A stretch of 62,916 nt of DNA, the filler included, from Patellaria atrata CBS 101060 (taxonomy: Eukaryota): NCBI GenBank assembly GCA_010093705.1. It is 7 parts of 6 records of this genome, joined end to end, with 100 filler letters (N's around TTAATTAATTAA, not from the genome) between each part and the next. Parts side by side here need not be neighbours in the genome. Positions count along the whole stretch, not along the records: positions 1 to 18,266 come from MU006132.1; positions 18,367 to 20,188 come from MU006132.1; positions 20,289 to 36,342 come from MU006133.1; 4 more parts are not named here. One strand, written 5' to 3'. The notes beneath the pieces were generated by a model. The model was not told the DNA's origin. It saw only the letters and a list, made by a program, of their open reading frames with translations, and did not search any database. The position numbers and the translations under genes are program-made. This document shows positions 12,495-26,987 of the stretch, one piece after another (within the stretch, counting starts at the first letter, position 1; each line of letters opens with the position of its first letter).

Positions 12495-13515
12495 GAGAGG
12501 AAATTTAACTATTCGCGAAATATATCTATAATATTATTAAATAGGCGAGAAATAATCTAAAAAAAGTATAAATAATATAGATAAAATTAGCTAATAAGTA
12601 TTAAAGAGAATTAAACTTTAGATTAAAAGACTATATTTTTATTTTATATAAAGACTAAATATTAAATAGATTAAGTATTAAACTAGACTATTAAAATATA
12701 GATTTATATAAAATAATAAAAATAAAGAGGTATTTTTATATAATTAACTTATCCACTAATATAAAGATATCGAATATATTCTATATAAATAGGCTTTATA
12801 AAATATCGATAGATCTATTACTTAGATAATAGCTAAAACTACTACTATTAATCGAAATAAATAGCGAGCCTAAATATAAAGTAGATAAGATTCTAGTAAG
12901 CCGTATCTTTTATAATAAGTTATAATATAAAGTAAGTTAGATTAAATACGACTTTAATAAAATATAATATTTAGCTTATAACTTTATTAAAATATTATAT
13001 AAACTTAAAGAATTTTATAATTAAAGACTAGTTAATACTAAACTATTAGTTCGATTTAAAGAATAGCTTTAAGCCTTTAAATCTAAAATAGAAGTAAAGC
13101 TATATAATAATAATAATATAATTAAAAAGAAAGGGCTTATATAGATTTTAAAATATTATAAATAGATAATAAATCGTGTTATAAAATATTATTAATATTA
13201 TTATAGAAATCGGGGCCGATTTCTACTATTAAAGAAAAGATAATATAATAATATATTATAATATTAATTCTATATTTTCTATATTAAATGTTTAATTTAT
13301 TTATAAGAAATTTTTACTAGATTAGATATAGAAAAGATCTCTAAGTATTAATTAATTAAATAAAAAATAGTTAAGTTAAAATTTAGTAAGATAGGACTAT
13401 TATATATAAATATTTAGCCTATAATATTATTATTTCTTAACTTAATCTTTATACTTAGTAGTTAGTAATAAAAATAGTTAAAATATAATTATTATAGCTA
13501 TACTATATTATTATA
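12495..13515 (+). mobile_element. Family A copy A3: integrase end, chromodomain, 3' LTR
   Basis: Matches 3635-3847 joined directly to 11697-12494 (empty B site); more heavily RIP-mutated; LTR 13244-13515. Confidence 0.85.
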
Positions 13516-13592
13516 ATATTATTAATTATAATTAATATAAAAATAAATAAAAAATAAATTTAAATATAATATAAATATATTAATATATTTAT

Positions 13593-13850
13593 TATAATAA
13601 TATATTATAATATTAATTTTATATTTTTTATATTAAATATTTAATTTATTTATAAAAGATTTTTATTAAATTAAATATAAAAAAGATCTTTAAATATTAA
13701 TTAATTAAATAATAAATAATTAAATTAAAATTTAATAAAATAAAATTATTATATATAAATATTTAGTTTATAATATTATTATTTTTTAACTTAATTTTTA
13801 TACTTAATAATTAATAATAGAGATAATTAAAATATAATTACTATAATTAT
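13593..13850 (+). repeat. Family A LTR, truncated by copy A4
   Basis: AT-converted match to the family A LTR. Confidence 0.7.
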
Positions 13851-16800
13851 TATAATAATATAATATAGCTATAATAATTATATTTTAACTATCTTTATTA
13901 CTAACTACTAAATATAGAGATTAAGTTAAAGAATAATAATATTATAGGTCGAATATTTATATATAATAGTTCCGTCTTATTAAACCTCGGCCTAATTATT
14001 TTCTATTTAATTAATTAGCGTTTAAAGATCTTTTTTATATTTAATTTAATAAAGATCTTTTATAAATAAATTAAATACTTAGTATAGAAAATATAGAATT
14101 AATATTATAATATATTATTATATTATCCCTTTTTTAATAATAGAAATTAATCTTAATTTCTATAATAATATTAATAGCGTTTTATAATATAATTTATTAT
14201 CTATTTACGATATTTTAAAATCTATATAGATCCTTTCTTTTTAACTATATTATTATCGTTATATAGCTTTACTTTTATCTTAGATTTAAAGACTTAAAGC
14301 TATTCTTTAAGTTAAACTAGTAGTCTAATATTAATTAATCTTTAATCGTGGAATTCTTTAAATTTATATAATACTCTAATAAAGTTATAAGCTAAATATT
14401 ATATTTTATTAAAGTTATATTTAATCTAACTTACTTTATACTATAATTTACCGCGAGAGATATAGTTTACTAGAATTTTATCTACTTTATATTTAGGCTT
14501 ATTATTTATTTTAATCGGCGGTGATAATTCTAGTTATTATTTAGGTAATAAATCTATTAGTACTTTATAAAGTCTATTTATATAGAATATATTTAATATC
14601 TTTATATTAATAGATAAATCGATTATATAAGAGTATCTCTTTATTTTTATTATTTTATATAAACTTATATTTTAATAGTCTAATTTAATACTTAATCTAT
14701 TTAATATTTAATCTTTATATAAGATAAAGATATAGTCTTCTAGTCTAAAGTTTAATTCTCTTTAATATTTATTAGTTAATTTTATCTATATTATCTATAT
14801 CTTTTCTAGATTATTCCTCGCCTATTTAATAGTATTATAGATATATTTCGTAAATAGTTAAACTTCCTCTCTATTTATCTTTTCTTAAACTATTTTATAT
14901 ATATCGAGATTTATCCACTCTTACTAATCGAAATATATTTATAGTTAATAACTAAATTCTAACTCGTAAAGGAAAATATCTATCGATTTATAGACTAACG
15001 TAGCCTAAATAAAATTTATTATAAATAATAGCTTTAATTAATTACTTTAATAATAATTTATAAAGAGCTAAAACTATAAATTTATATACTAGTTAATAAT
15101 CTTTATATTTCTATTTATCTATAAATAGTAAATTATAGATAGCTTCTATTTTATTTTTATTAGTTTATAAAGTTTATTTATAAATATAAAAATAAACTAT
15201 AGACTATAATTTAATATCGTTATCTTTAGTATATTATATATTTATTATATATATTTATAGTATAGCTTTATAGCTATCTTAGCTAAGATATCTTTAATAT
15301 AAAAGAGTAAAATTACTCTCTTTTCTAGTTAATCTATTATTATAAATGTTATTTTAAATCTATATATATTTTTAGGGAATAATTTAAAGTTAAAGATAAT
15401 ATATTACTAATATTTATCTCTAATTAATAGTGATTTTAGTAAATCGGGGGTTTTATCTCTTAGTATATATATCTAATAATAGATATAATAGTTTTAAATA
15501 TATTTATTTATATTAGCTATTAATTTAGACTAATAATATTATATTTAAATTAATTCTTTTATCTTCTTAATTCCTAGATATTCTATAATTAATACGTTAT
15601 ACACGTCTTATATTAGATATATTCTAAGATTATTTATATTTAAAATTATAAGTCTATTAAATTTAATAAGTAAACTATCTTATAATTTCTAATATCTCTT
15701 TTTAATTTTAACTTACTTTTAATATATTAATAAAGAGTTATATTTCTAGTTTACTTCTAATATTTAATCTATTAATAAGTATATTACTAGCGGCTTTTAT
15801 TTTCAATTAAATTTATTTTAAATATATTATTTTAAATTTATAGATATATCTTCTCTTTTTTTTATTTTATACTTAACTTTCTTTTCTTTTTTAGTTATAA
15901 TAGAAATTATAAAATAAATAAATATAAACTTTAATTTAAAATTAAAGTTAATATATTTCTTTAATATATTATTTCTCTCTTTTAAGATTTTAATTATTAT
16001 AGACTTTTAGTTTTAAACTTTAGCTTCCTTTATCTCTTATAAAGACTTAGCTATTATTATCTCGACTATCACTATCTCGATTATCGTTATCTAAGTCCTA
16101 AATCTTAATTTTAAAGTATACTTTTCTATTATCTTCTTTTTAAAGATTATATATTTCTTATTACTTTAAAATATCTTTTTAAATAGTAATTATTATTTTA
16201 TTAAGAGTTAAAAAAATATTATTATTATATTTAAGTTAATTAATATCTAAATTTATATTATAATATCTTTATCTTTTATTATTTTTAAGTCTTTTTATTT
16301 ATAAAAAAATATATTTATTATAATATTTTAAGCTCTAAGTTAATATATAATTTAGAAGTAAAAATTAAAAAAAGTTTTATTTTATTAAACTTATTTAATA
16401 TTAAATAACTATTTTATAATAAAGTATTTTAATACTTTATAGTTAATAATTATAATAAAGAGAATTTATTATAATTTTACTAATATACTTTTTTATTTAA
16501 TTAATACTTTTATTATAATTAATATTTTTTTATTATAAATTTTATATTTTAATTTTATCTTTAATAATATCTTAATTTAAAAGATAATTAGCTTTTAAAT
16601 ATATTTATAAAACTATAATATAATTATTATAATAACTTTATTATTATAGTTAAATTCGATTTTTATCTTAAATAAAAAGTTATAATATATTAATATTTAA
16701 TTTAATAAAATTAACTTTTTTATTTTCTTAAATATCTTTTTTTCTTTTTATTTAAATAGTTTTTAAATATCTTTTTATATTAATATTATTAATAATTATA

Positions 16801-18266
16801 TAATTTATCTAAATTTCTTTAAAAACTTTTAATAAAAATTATAAAATTTATTAAATAATAAAATTCTTTTTATATTTATTAATAATTTTTAATTTTAGAT
16901 TATTTTAATCTTTTTTAAATTTATTACTATTTTATTAATATTAATAATAAAGTTAAAAAACTTTATTTTTATTATATAAAATTTACTTTTTTTAATATTA
17001 ATTTATAAATTAATTTTAATTAATATTTTTAATATTTTCGTAATATAAATTTAATATTTTAATAAATATTTAAAATAAATTAGTATATTAATAATATATA
17101 TTATATAAAAGTTATTTAAATATTAAAAGAATATTTTATTAATAAACTATTAAAATAAAATTAAATTATTATATAATTTAAAAGATAATATTTTATATTT
17201 AAATAATTTATATTTTATTTAAAAGATAATAAGATTTTTAATTAATTTCTTTATTTAAATTTAATAGAATATTTATTTTATATTAAATTTTATAAATATC
17301 TTTATTTATTAAAGATATATTAATATTTCTTTAATTAAAAATAATAAATATTTATTTTTTTTAATAATATTATTTAACTTTTTATAATTAATATAGAATT
17401 TTTAATTTCTCTTTAATTTTTTAATAAATAATATTAGAAATATATATAATATTTTACTTAAAATAATAAACTTTTTTTTAAAGATATTTCTTTAAATAAT
17501 TCTTTATTAACTATAAATATTTAATAAATATATTATATAAAAAATTAATAGTAAAATTATTATTTTAATTTAATATTATATTATAATTAATATTTTCTCT
17601 AAATAATAATAATTTATTAAATATAGATTTTAAGAATATATAAATTAAATAATAATATTTCTTAAATAATTTTTTATAAATTATTATTTTATAAATATTT
17701 TTATCTTTATTTAAAGGATTTTTATTTTTTAAAAATTAATTTTATATTAAAAAGTTAATTTTATATAAATTTATAATATTTATAATAATATTTTTATATT
17801 TTATATTTTTTAAATAATTTTCTTTATTAATTAAATAGATATTTATATAAATTTTAATAATATTAATCTATTTATTTAATTTTAATTTTAATTTTTTAAA
17901 GAATTTTAATATTTTTTTCTTTATTAAATTTAATAATTCTAATTTTATCTTTTAAAAATTAAAATTAATATTTTTAATTTATAAATTTAATTATTTTTAT
18001 TAAAATAATTATAATTTTCTTTTTTAATTAATTAATATTTTCTATTAATTATATTTTTATTTATTAATAATTTTATCTTATTATTTTATATTAAATTAAT
18101 ATTATAAATTAGTTTAAATTTATAGCTTATTTTTTAAAATTATAATATTTTATTATTAATCTTTAATTATAATAATTTATTTTAATTAAATAATTTAATA
18201 ATATTTATAATTAAATAAATTATTAATTTTAAAGAATTATTTTTTATTTATAAATATATTATTATA
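13851..18266 (-). mobile_element. Family A copy A4 (3' LTR, PPT, pol), heavily RIP-mutated, ends at contig break
   Basis: LTR 13851-14122, PPT complement TTATCCCTTTTT from 14123; reverse complement of the A2 pol sequence. Confidence 0.85.
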
Positions 18267-18366
18267 NNNNNNNNNNNNNNNNNNNNNNNNNNNNNNNNNN
18301 NNNNNNNNNNTTAATTAATTAANNNNNNNNNNNNNNNNNNNNNNNNNNNNNNNNNNNNNNNNNNNN
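18267..18366. other. Artificial contig linker N44-TTAATTAATTAA-N44 (12-mer also at 20233, 36387, 50990, 57972, 59908)
   Basis: Identical 12-mer with stops in all six frames, centred in N runs. Confidence 0.97.
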
Positions 18367-18631
18367 ATATAATATAATTATAATAATTATATTTTAACTA
18401 TCTTTATTATTAACTATTAAATATAAAAATTAAATTAAAAAATAATAATATTATAAATTAAATATTTATATATAATAATTTTATTTTATTAAATTTTAAT
18501 TTAATTATCTTTTATTTAATTAATTAATATTTAAAGATTTTTTTTATATTTAATTTAATAAAAATTTTTTATAAATAAATTAAATATTTAATATAGAAAA
18601 TATAAAATTAATATTATAATATATTATTATA
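18367..18631 (-). repeat. Family A LTR relic
   Basis: Aligns by eye to 13851-14122. Confidence 0.75.
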
Positions 18632-19205
18632 ATTATACTATATTATTATATTTATAAATAAAAAAATAATTAAAAAAAATAAAAAATAATTTTAAAATTT
18701 ATTAATATAAATTATAAATTATAAATTAATAATATATATAAATAAAAATATAATTTTTTATTTTAATATATTTTTTAAATTTAATTATATAATTAAATTT
18801 TAAAAAAATAATTATATTTAATTAAATTTTTTTTTATAAATTTATATATTATATTTAATTTTTATATATTTTTTAAAATAATATAAATATAATAATTTAT
18901 TTTATTAAATTCTTTTTATTTAACTTTTTAATTAATTATTATTTAATAATTTTTTTTTAAATAATTAATTTTTATATATTAAATATATTTATTAAAAGTA
19001 ATATATTATTAAAAATAATAAAATTTTTTAAAATTATTATTAAATAAAAAATTTATAAAATTTATATTTATATTAAATTTAAAAGATTTTTTTAAATTTT
19101 TTTATATATTTAAATATTATATTTAATTTTTTTATAATTTTTATAATATTATAAAATTAATTAAATTATTTTATAATTATTATTATTTTAAATTTTCTTT
19201 AATTA

Positions 19206-20188
19206 ATATAATTTATAAATAAATAATATATATAAATAATTAATATATTTTTCTATTTTATTATAATTTTTAAACTTAATTATATAATTATAATTTAATA
19301 AAATTAATTATATTTAATTAAACTTTTTTTTTTAAATATTTCTTTATCTTTTTAATAAATTCTTATATTATATTTAATTTTTCTATATTTTTTATAATAT
19401 TATAAATATAATAATTCTTTTTTTATTAAATTTCTTTTCTTTAATTTTCTATTTAATTATTATTTAATAATCTTTTTTTAAATAATTAATTTTAATATAT
19501 TTTATATATTAAATATTTCTTTTATTTATATATATATTTTTTTAATTTATTATTATTTTATAAATATTTTATTAATTTTTTAAAATATTTAAATTTTATT
19601 ATATATAAATATTATTTTATAAATAATAAACTTTATACTTTTTATTAATTATTTAATAATTAAGAAAATAATATTTAAAGAATTTTTTTAATATTAAATT
19701 ATTTAATTCTTAATATATTTAAATTATAAAATAGTTTTTTTTAAAATTATTTAATATTTAAAAAATCTTTAAATTAATAATAAAAAAAAGAAATTTAATT
19801 AATATTAATATTTATAATTTTATATTAAATTTTAAAATAATAATTTAAAAGTTATAAAAAATTAAATTAATATTAAAAAAGTTTATTTAAATATTTTTAA
19901 TTATTATAATATTAATATAAATATCTTTAAATATAATAAAGAATTTAATTTTAATAATATAATTAATATAAATTTTAATAAAAACTTTAAAATCTTAATT
20001 ATATATTTATTTTAATATATTAAAATATTTAATATTTAAAAATTAAATAAAGTATAAAAAATATATAAATAAATAAATAATAATAATATTCTTTTTTTTT
20101 ATAAAATTCTTTAAATTAAATTAATAAATAATTTATATAATTATTAAAAATAATTATCTAATAAATATTTTTCTATTAAATATTTATA
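19206..20188 (-). mobile_element. pogo/Fot1-like DNA transposon, partial, RIP relic
   Basis: Same TIR and body as 53225-55085; cut by a contig break. Confidence 0.75.
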
Positions 20189-20288
20189 NNNNNNNNNNNN
20201 NNNNNNNNNNNNNNNNNNNNNNNNNNNNNNNNTTAATTAATTAANNNNNNNNNNNNNNNNNNNNNNNNNNNNNNNNNNNNNNNNNNNN

Positions 20289-23200
20289 ATAAATTTATTA
20301 AATTTAATAAATAAATTATTTTATAATTTTTAATATCTTTTTTTAACTTTAATTTATTTTTAATATATTAATAAAAAGTTATATTTCTAATTTACTTTAA
20401 ATATTTAATTTATTAATAAATATATTAATAATAATTTTTATTTTTAATTAAATTTATTTTAAATATATTATTTTAAATTTATAAATATATTTTCTTTTTC
20501 TTTTATTTTATATTTAACTTTCTTTTCTTTTTTAATTATAATAAAAATTATAAAATAAATAAATAAAATTAAAATTAATATATTTTTTTAATATATTATT
20601 TTTTTTTTAAAATTTTAATTATTATAAGCTTTTAATTTTAAGTTTTAATTCTCTTTATTTTTTATAAAAATTTAATTATTATTATTTAAATTATTATTAT
20701 TTAAATTTTAAAATATCTTTTTAAATAATAATTATTATTTTATTAAAAATTAAAGAAATATTAATATTATATTTAAATTAATTAATATTTAAATTTATAT
20801 TATAATATTTTTATTTTTTATTATTTTTAAATTTTCTTATTTATTAAAAAATATATTTATTATAATATTTTAAGCTTTAAATTAATATATAATTTAAAAA
20901 TAAAAATTAAAAAAAATTTTATTTTATTAAATTTATTTAATATTAAATAATTATTTTATAATAAAATATTTTAATACTTTATAATTAATAATTATAATAA
21001 AGAAAATTTATTATTATTTTATTAATATACTTTTTTATTTAATTAATACTTTTATTATAATTAATATTTCTTTATTATAAATTTTATATTTTAATTTTAT
21101 TTTTAATAATATTTTAATTTAAAAAATAATTAATTTTTAAATATATTTATAAAATTATAATATTATTATTATAATAATTTTATTATTATAATTAAATTTA
21201 ATTTTTATCTTAAATAAAAAATTATAATATATTAATATTTAATTTAATAAAATTAATTTTTTTATTTTTTTTAATATTTTTTTTTCTTTTTATTTAAATA
21301 ATTTTTAAATCTCTTTTTATATTTATATTATTAATAATTATATAATTTATTTAAATTTCTTTAAAAACTTTTAATAAAAGTTATAAAATCTATTAAATAA
21401 TAAAATTTCTTTTATATTTATTAATAACTTTTAATTTTAAATTATTTTAGTTTTTTTAAATTTATTATTATTCTATTAATATTAATAATAAAGTTAAAAA
21501 ATTTTATCTTTATTATATAAAACTCGTTTTTTTTAATATTAATTTATAGATTAATTTTAATTAATACTTTTAATATTTTTATAATATAGATTTAATACTT
21601 TAATAAATATTTAAAATAAATTAATATATTATTAATATATATTATATAGAAATTATTTAAATATTAAAAAAATGTTTTATTTATAAATTATTAAAATAAG
21701 ATTAAATTATTATATAATTTAAAAGATAATATTTTATATTTAAATAATTTATATTTTATTTAAAAGATAATAAGATTTTTAATTAACTTTTTTATTTAAA
21801 TTTAATAAAATATTTATTTTATATTAAATTTTATAAATATTTTTATTTATTAAAAATATATTAATATTTCTTTAATTAAAAGTAATAAATATTTATCTTT
21901 TTTAATAATATTATTTAACTTTTTATAATTAATATAAAATTTTTAATTTTCTTTTAATTTTTTAATAAATAATATTAAAAATATATATAATATTTTATTT
22001 AAAATAATAAATTTCTTTTAAAAATATTTCTTTAAATAATTTTTTATTAACTATAAATATTTAATAAATATATTATATAAAAAATTAATAATAAAATTAT
22101 TATTTTAATTTAATATTATATTATAATTTATATTTTCTTTAAATAATAATAATTTATTAAATATAGATTTTAAAAATATATAAATTAAATAATAATATTT
22201 TTTTAATAATTTTTTATAAATTATTATTTTATAAATATTTTTATTTTTATTTAAAGAATTTTCGTTTTTTAAAAGTTAATTTTATATAAATTTATAATAT
22301 TTATAATAATATTTTTATATTTTATATTTTTTAGATAATTTTCTTTATTAATTAAATAAATATTTATATAAATTTTAATAATATTAATCTATTTATTTAA
22401 CTTTAATTTTAATTTTTTAAAAAGTTTTAATATCTCTTTTTTTATTAAATTTAATAATTTTAATTTTATCTTTTAAAAATTAAAGTTAATATTTTTAATC
22501 TATAAATTTAATTATTTTTATTAAAATAATTATAATTTTCTTTTTTAATTAATTAATATTTTCTATTAATTATATTTTTATTTATTAATAATTTTAATTT
22601 ATTATTTTATATTAAATTAATATTATAGATTAATTATTTTCTTTAATTTATATTTAAAAATTATAATATTTTATTATTTATTTTTTTTTATTAATATTTT
22701 TAATAATTAAAAGATAAATTTATATTAATAATTTAATAAATTTTTTATCTTTAAAAATTATTTTTAATTAATTAATAAATTATTATTATTTATATTTATT
22801 ATTAATATTAATATATATTATTAATAATCTTTAAATATAATATTTATTTTAAATATCTCTTTTATTAATATTATTATAATATTATTAAAAGTTATAATAT
22901 TAATATATTATTTTATTTTTCTTATTTTAATTTTAAGATATTATTTAAGAATTAAAAGTTACTTTTTATATAATAAAGTATATTTTTAAACTTTAATATT
23001 AATTAATATTTTTAATTAAATTATAATATTATTATTTAAGATTTAATATAATATTATAAATAATATTTTATTAATTAATTTATTAATTATTATTTTTATT
23101 ATTTTTATTATTAATTTTAATATAAAATATTTATTTAAAATTTATTATTTTTTAACTTTTAATTATTATTTAATATAATAATTAATTTAATTTTATTTTT

Positions 23201-25061
23201 TTAAATTACTTTAAATTTAATAATCTTTTTTAATAATTTATAATTTATTTTTTAATAATTTATTTTATTATAATTAAAATATTTTTTTATAAATTTATAT
23301 ATTATTATTATTTTAATTTACTAAATTATTATAAATATATTTAACTTAAATATTATTATTATAATAATTTTTAAAATAATAATAATATTATTATTATTTT
23401 AATTTTAATATTTATTTTTAATTAAATTTTAATATTTTTTTATTTTTTTATTTTTTTTCTTTAAATTATAAACTATTATTATTATTATTTAATAATATTT
23501 TTTAAAGTTAATATAATTATTTATATATTTTTATATTATTTTATCTTTTAAATTAATATAAAATTTCTTATAAATTTTATCTTTTTATTAATTTTATAAT
23601 ATTTTAATTTTAATAATAAGTTAAATAAATTTTAATTAAATTTTTATAAAATTCTTTAAATATTCTTATTTTAATTTTCTTAAATTATCTTTTATCTTTA
23701 TATATTTATTTAAATCTTTATAAATATTATTTAAATATTTTAATATATTTTATAATAAAATATATTTATTATTTTTATATTTTATTTTTAAATAAAAATA
23801 TATATAATTAATTATTTATTTTATAAAATAAATTTTTATATATATTATTTTAACTTTATTATTTAAAAATTAATTATTATTAATTTTAAATTAATTTTCT
23901 AATTATTTTTTTTATTAATTATATATAAAATTTTTATTATTAATTAATATAAATAAATTAAAATATTTTTTTAACTTTTTATTATTTTTACTTTTAAAGA
24001 TATTTATAATATAATTTAAATCTTTAATATTATTTTATTTATTTTATTATTATTTTAATATATTATTATTTATATTCTTTATAAAATAAATATTTTAATT
24101 ATATATCTTTTTAAATAACTTTTTTAATTCTTTATTCTTTATTTTTAAATAATTAATAATTATTTTATTATTTAAATATATATTTATTTTTAATATTATA
24201 TTATTATATAATCTATTTATTATTATTAAAGTTTTATAGATTTAATTAATTTATATTCTTAATTATAATTAATTTTTAAAATATTTTTTTAAAAATTTTT
24301 ATAATTTTTTTTTATTTATTAAATAATTTTCTTAATTATATTTATTAATTAATAAGATATAATAAATACTTTTAAATTAAATTATAATCTTATTTTAATA
24401 ATATAATATAATTTTAATAAATTTATAAAAAAGTTTTTTTCTATATTATTTTAATTAAAAGAATTTTCTATTTTTTTAATTTTTAATAATTATTTATTCT
24501 TTAAACTTTTTTTTTTATTATTTTTTTAATAATTATTAATTATTTTTAAATAATTATTTATAATATTTACTTTTAATTTATTATTAAAATTATTATTAAT
24601 ATAAATAATTTTATTAATTATTAATTATTATTATTTAAAATAATAATCTTTTTTTATTAATTAATAAAATTTAATAATTTAATAATTTTAATTAATTTAA
24701 TAATTATTTATTTATAAGATTAATATTATATTTTAATTAAAATATTTTATTATTTTTTTAAAAAATTATAAAAAATAAACTTAATTTAATATAATAATAT
24801 AATATAATTATAATAAATATATTTTAATTATTTTTATTATTAATTATTAAATATAAAAATTAAATTAAAAAATAATAATATTATAAATTAAATATTTATA
24901 TATAATAATTTTATTTTATTAAATTTTAATTTAATTATTTTTTATTTAATTAATTAATATTTAAAGATTATTTTTATATTTAATTTAATAAAGATCTTTT
25001 ATAAATAAATTAAATATTTAATATAAAAAATATAGAATTAATATTATAATATATTATTATA
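20289..25061 (-). mobile_element. Family A copy A5 (RNase H-RT-PR-gag-5' LTR), near-total RIP
   Basis: 20289-22630 parallels 15650-18110; the right part parallels 1-1563; LTR 24790-25061. Confidence 0.78.
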
Positions 25062-26399
25062 ATTAAATTTTTAATTAAAAAGTTAAAAGAAATTTTAATT
25101 AATAATATTTAAAATAATAATAAATTTTTTTATTATATTTTTAAATATATTAAATCTTTTATATTAAATAATAAGATTTTTAAAAATATTATTTTATTTA
25201 AATAAATATAAATTTATAATAAATAATATTTAAAGAATTTAAAAATTATAAAAATAAATTAAAGAAAAAAAAAATATTATATATTTAATTAAAAGATTAT
25301 AAAATTATTAATAAAATAAATAAAAATTTATATTTTATTATATATTATATTTTAATATTAAAAATAATTTTATATATAAATTAATTTATAAATATCTAAA
25401 TTTAATAAAATATTAAAAATTATTTTAATTATTTTAAAATAATTAAATTATTAATAAATATTTTAAATAAATTTATTAAATAAATAATAATAATAATATT
25501 ATTAAAAATAATATTTTTAAAATAAATAAATTACTATTATTATTATTATTATATATAAAAATAATTAATAAATTTATATTAAATATTTTTAAATTATTAT
25601 TAATTAAATAATTTATTTATAATTATATTATTTTTTATTAAATTAAAAATTTATATTTTATAAAGTTTTTAATTTATTTTAATAATAATATATTTTTTAT
25701 TATATTAAAATAAAAGATTTTAAAAAAATAAATAATATATAAATTTATTATTTAATAATAAATTCTAAAATATAAACTTTAAATATTATTAAATTATTAT
25801 ATAATAATAGTAATAATTAAATATTATATTAATAATAAAAATTATTATTATATTAAAATATTTACTTTTTAAAAATTAAAAGATAAATATTTTAATAAAA
25901 ATTAAATTTAATTAATATTTAATATTTTTCGAGATTATAAAATAGAAAAAAAGATTAAATATTTTATTTTTAATAATATAAGATTTAATAATATTTATAT
26001 TAATTTTATTTTATAGACTTTTTATCCAATAATAATAAAGATAAAAAGAAAAAGATATTAATTATATTATCTAGACTATATTATTAATCTTTATATTTAG
26101 GTTTTTTTACTAGATAAAGCTTTAAATAAAACTTTAGAGACTCTAAATTTAACTTATTCGTAATAAGATTTAAATAGCGATAACGCTATCTAGAGATATT
26201 ATAGAGCGGTTGGAAGACTTTATAATATCGTCCACTATATTCGCCTGACACCTTAGCGTCGTCAGGAGTTTAAAAAGATCAAAATAAGTGGTGAGTTGAT
26301 AAAATACGACGATCTTGAGGTAAGTCAAAATTATCAGGTTCAAGATCCCGAAAATACTAAGTTTCCTTAGCTTCAACTAACGTCATTTTGTATTTCAGC

Positions 26400-26669
26400 T
26401 GTTAGATGGTGAGGTTCGCTACCGGGTAAATGGATACTTACTAGTTCAAAACAGTGGTGAAAACAATGGTATAGAACGGTAGCTTGAGACAGAGCGTTAA
26501 ACCGTATTAAAATAGATCTCTAACGAGAGCACGGATCTATAGTGTTTTATCTATTCTCTTTCTGACCCAGTATTATTGTCAACTGTTCAGTATATAGTCC
26601 ATATCTCTCTCAGTAGTTGCAAAAAAAAGCGACATATTCCATGCACCTATAGATCCAGTTTATCTCACA
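26400..26669 (+). repeat. copia-1 5' LTR
   Basis: TGTTAG...CTCACA; direct repeat of 31983-32252. Confidence 0.95.
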
Positions 26670-26987
26670 GTTATAAGCCCGGCCTTTGTGCTATTTTGAA
26701 GCCGTACAACTTACTCAAATCTGATCCGTTTATACTCCTCTTTTGATCCGTTATACTCGTGTCTTTTGACGAACAGTTGAACTGTCTTCACCGTTATTTA
26801 TTAAACCCAAAATCTCTTGTGCTATCAATTAGTTATATCGACTTCAACAAACTTCTCGTCGTCTACCACGTCGTCCATCCTTTTAAGAGATGCCTCCGAC
26901 TGGCAAGCCTGGTTCTTAGTCATCAAAGGAAGAGCCGAATTCGATCAAATATAGAAGTATTGTGATCCGGATCTCCCGTCAAAGCCG

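Noticed and set aside
18640..19200. Possible second pogo-family fragment
   Set aside because: Resemblance to the pogo 3' end is too degraded to support by eye.
12500..25900. AT-rich DNA as mitochondrial insert, satellite or CRISPR-like array
   Set aside because: Collinear with the GC-richer TE copies; explained by RIP. No repeat-spacer structure.
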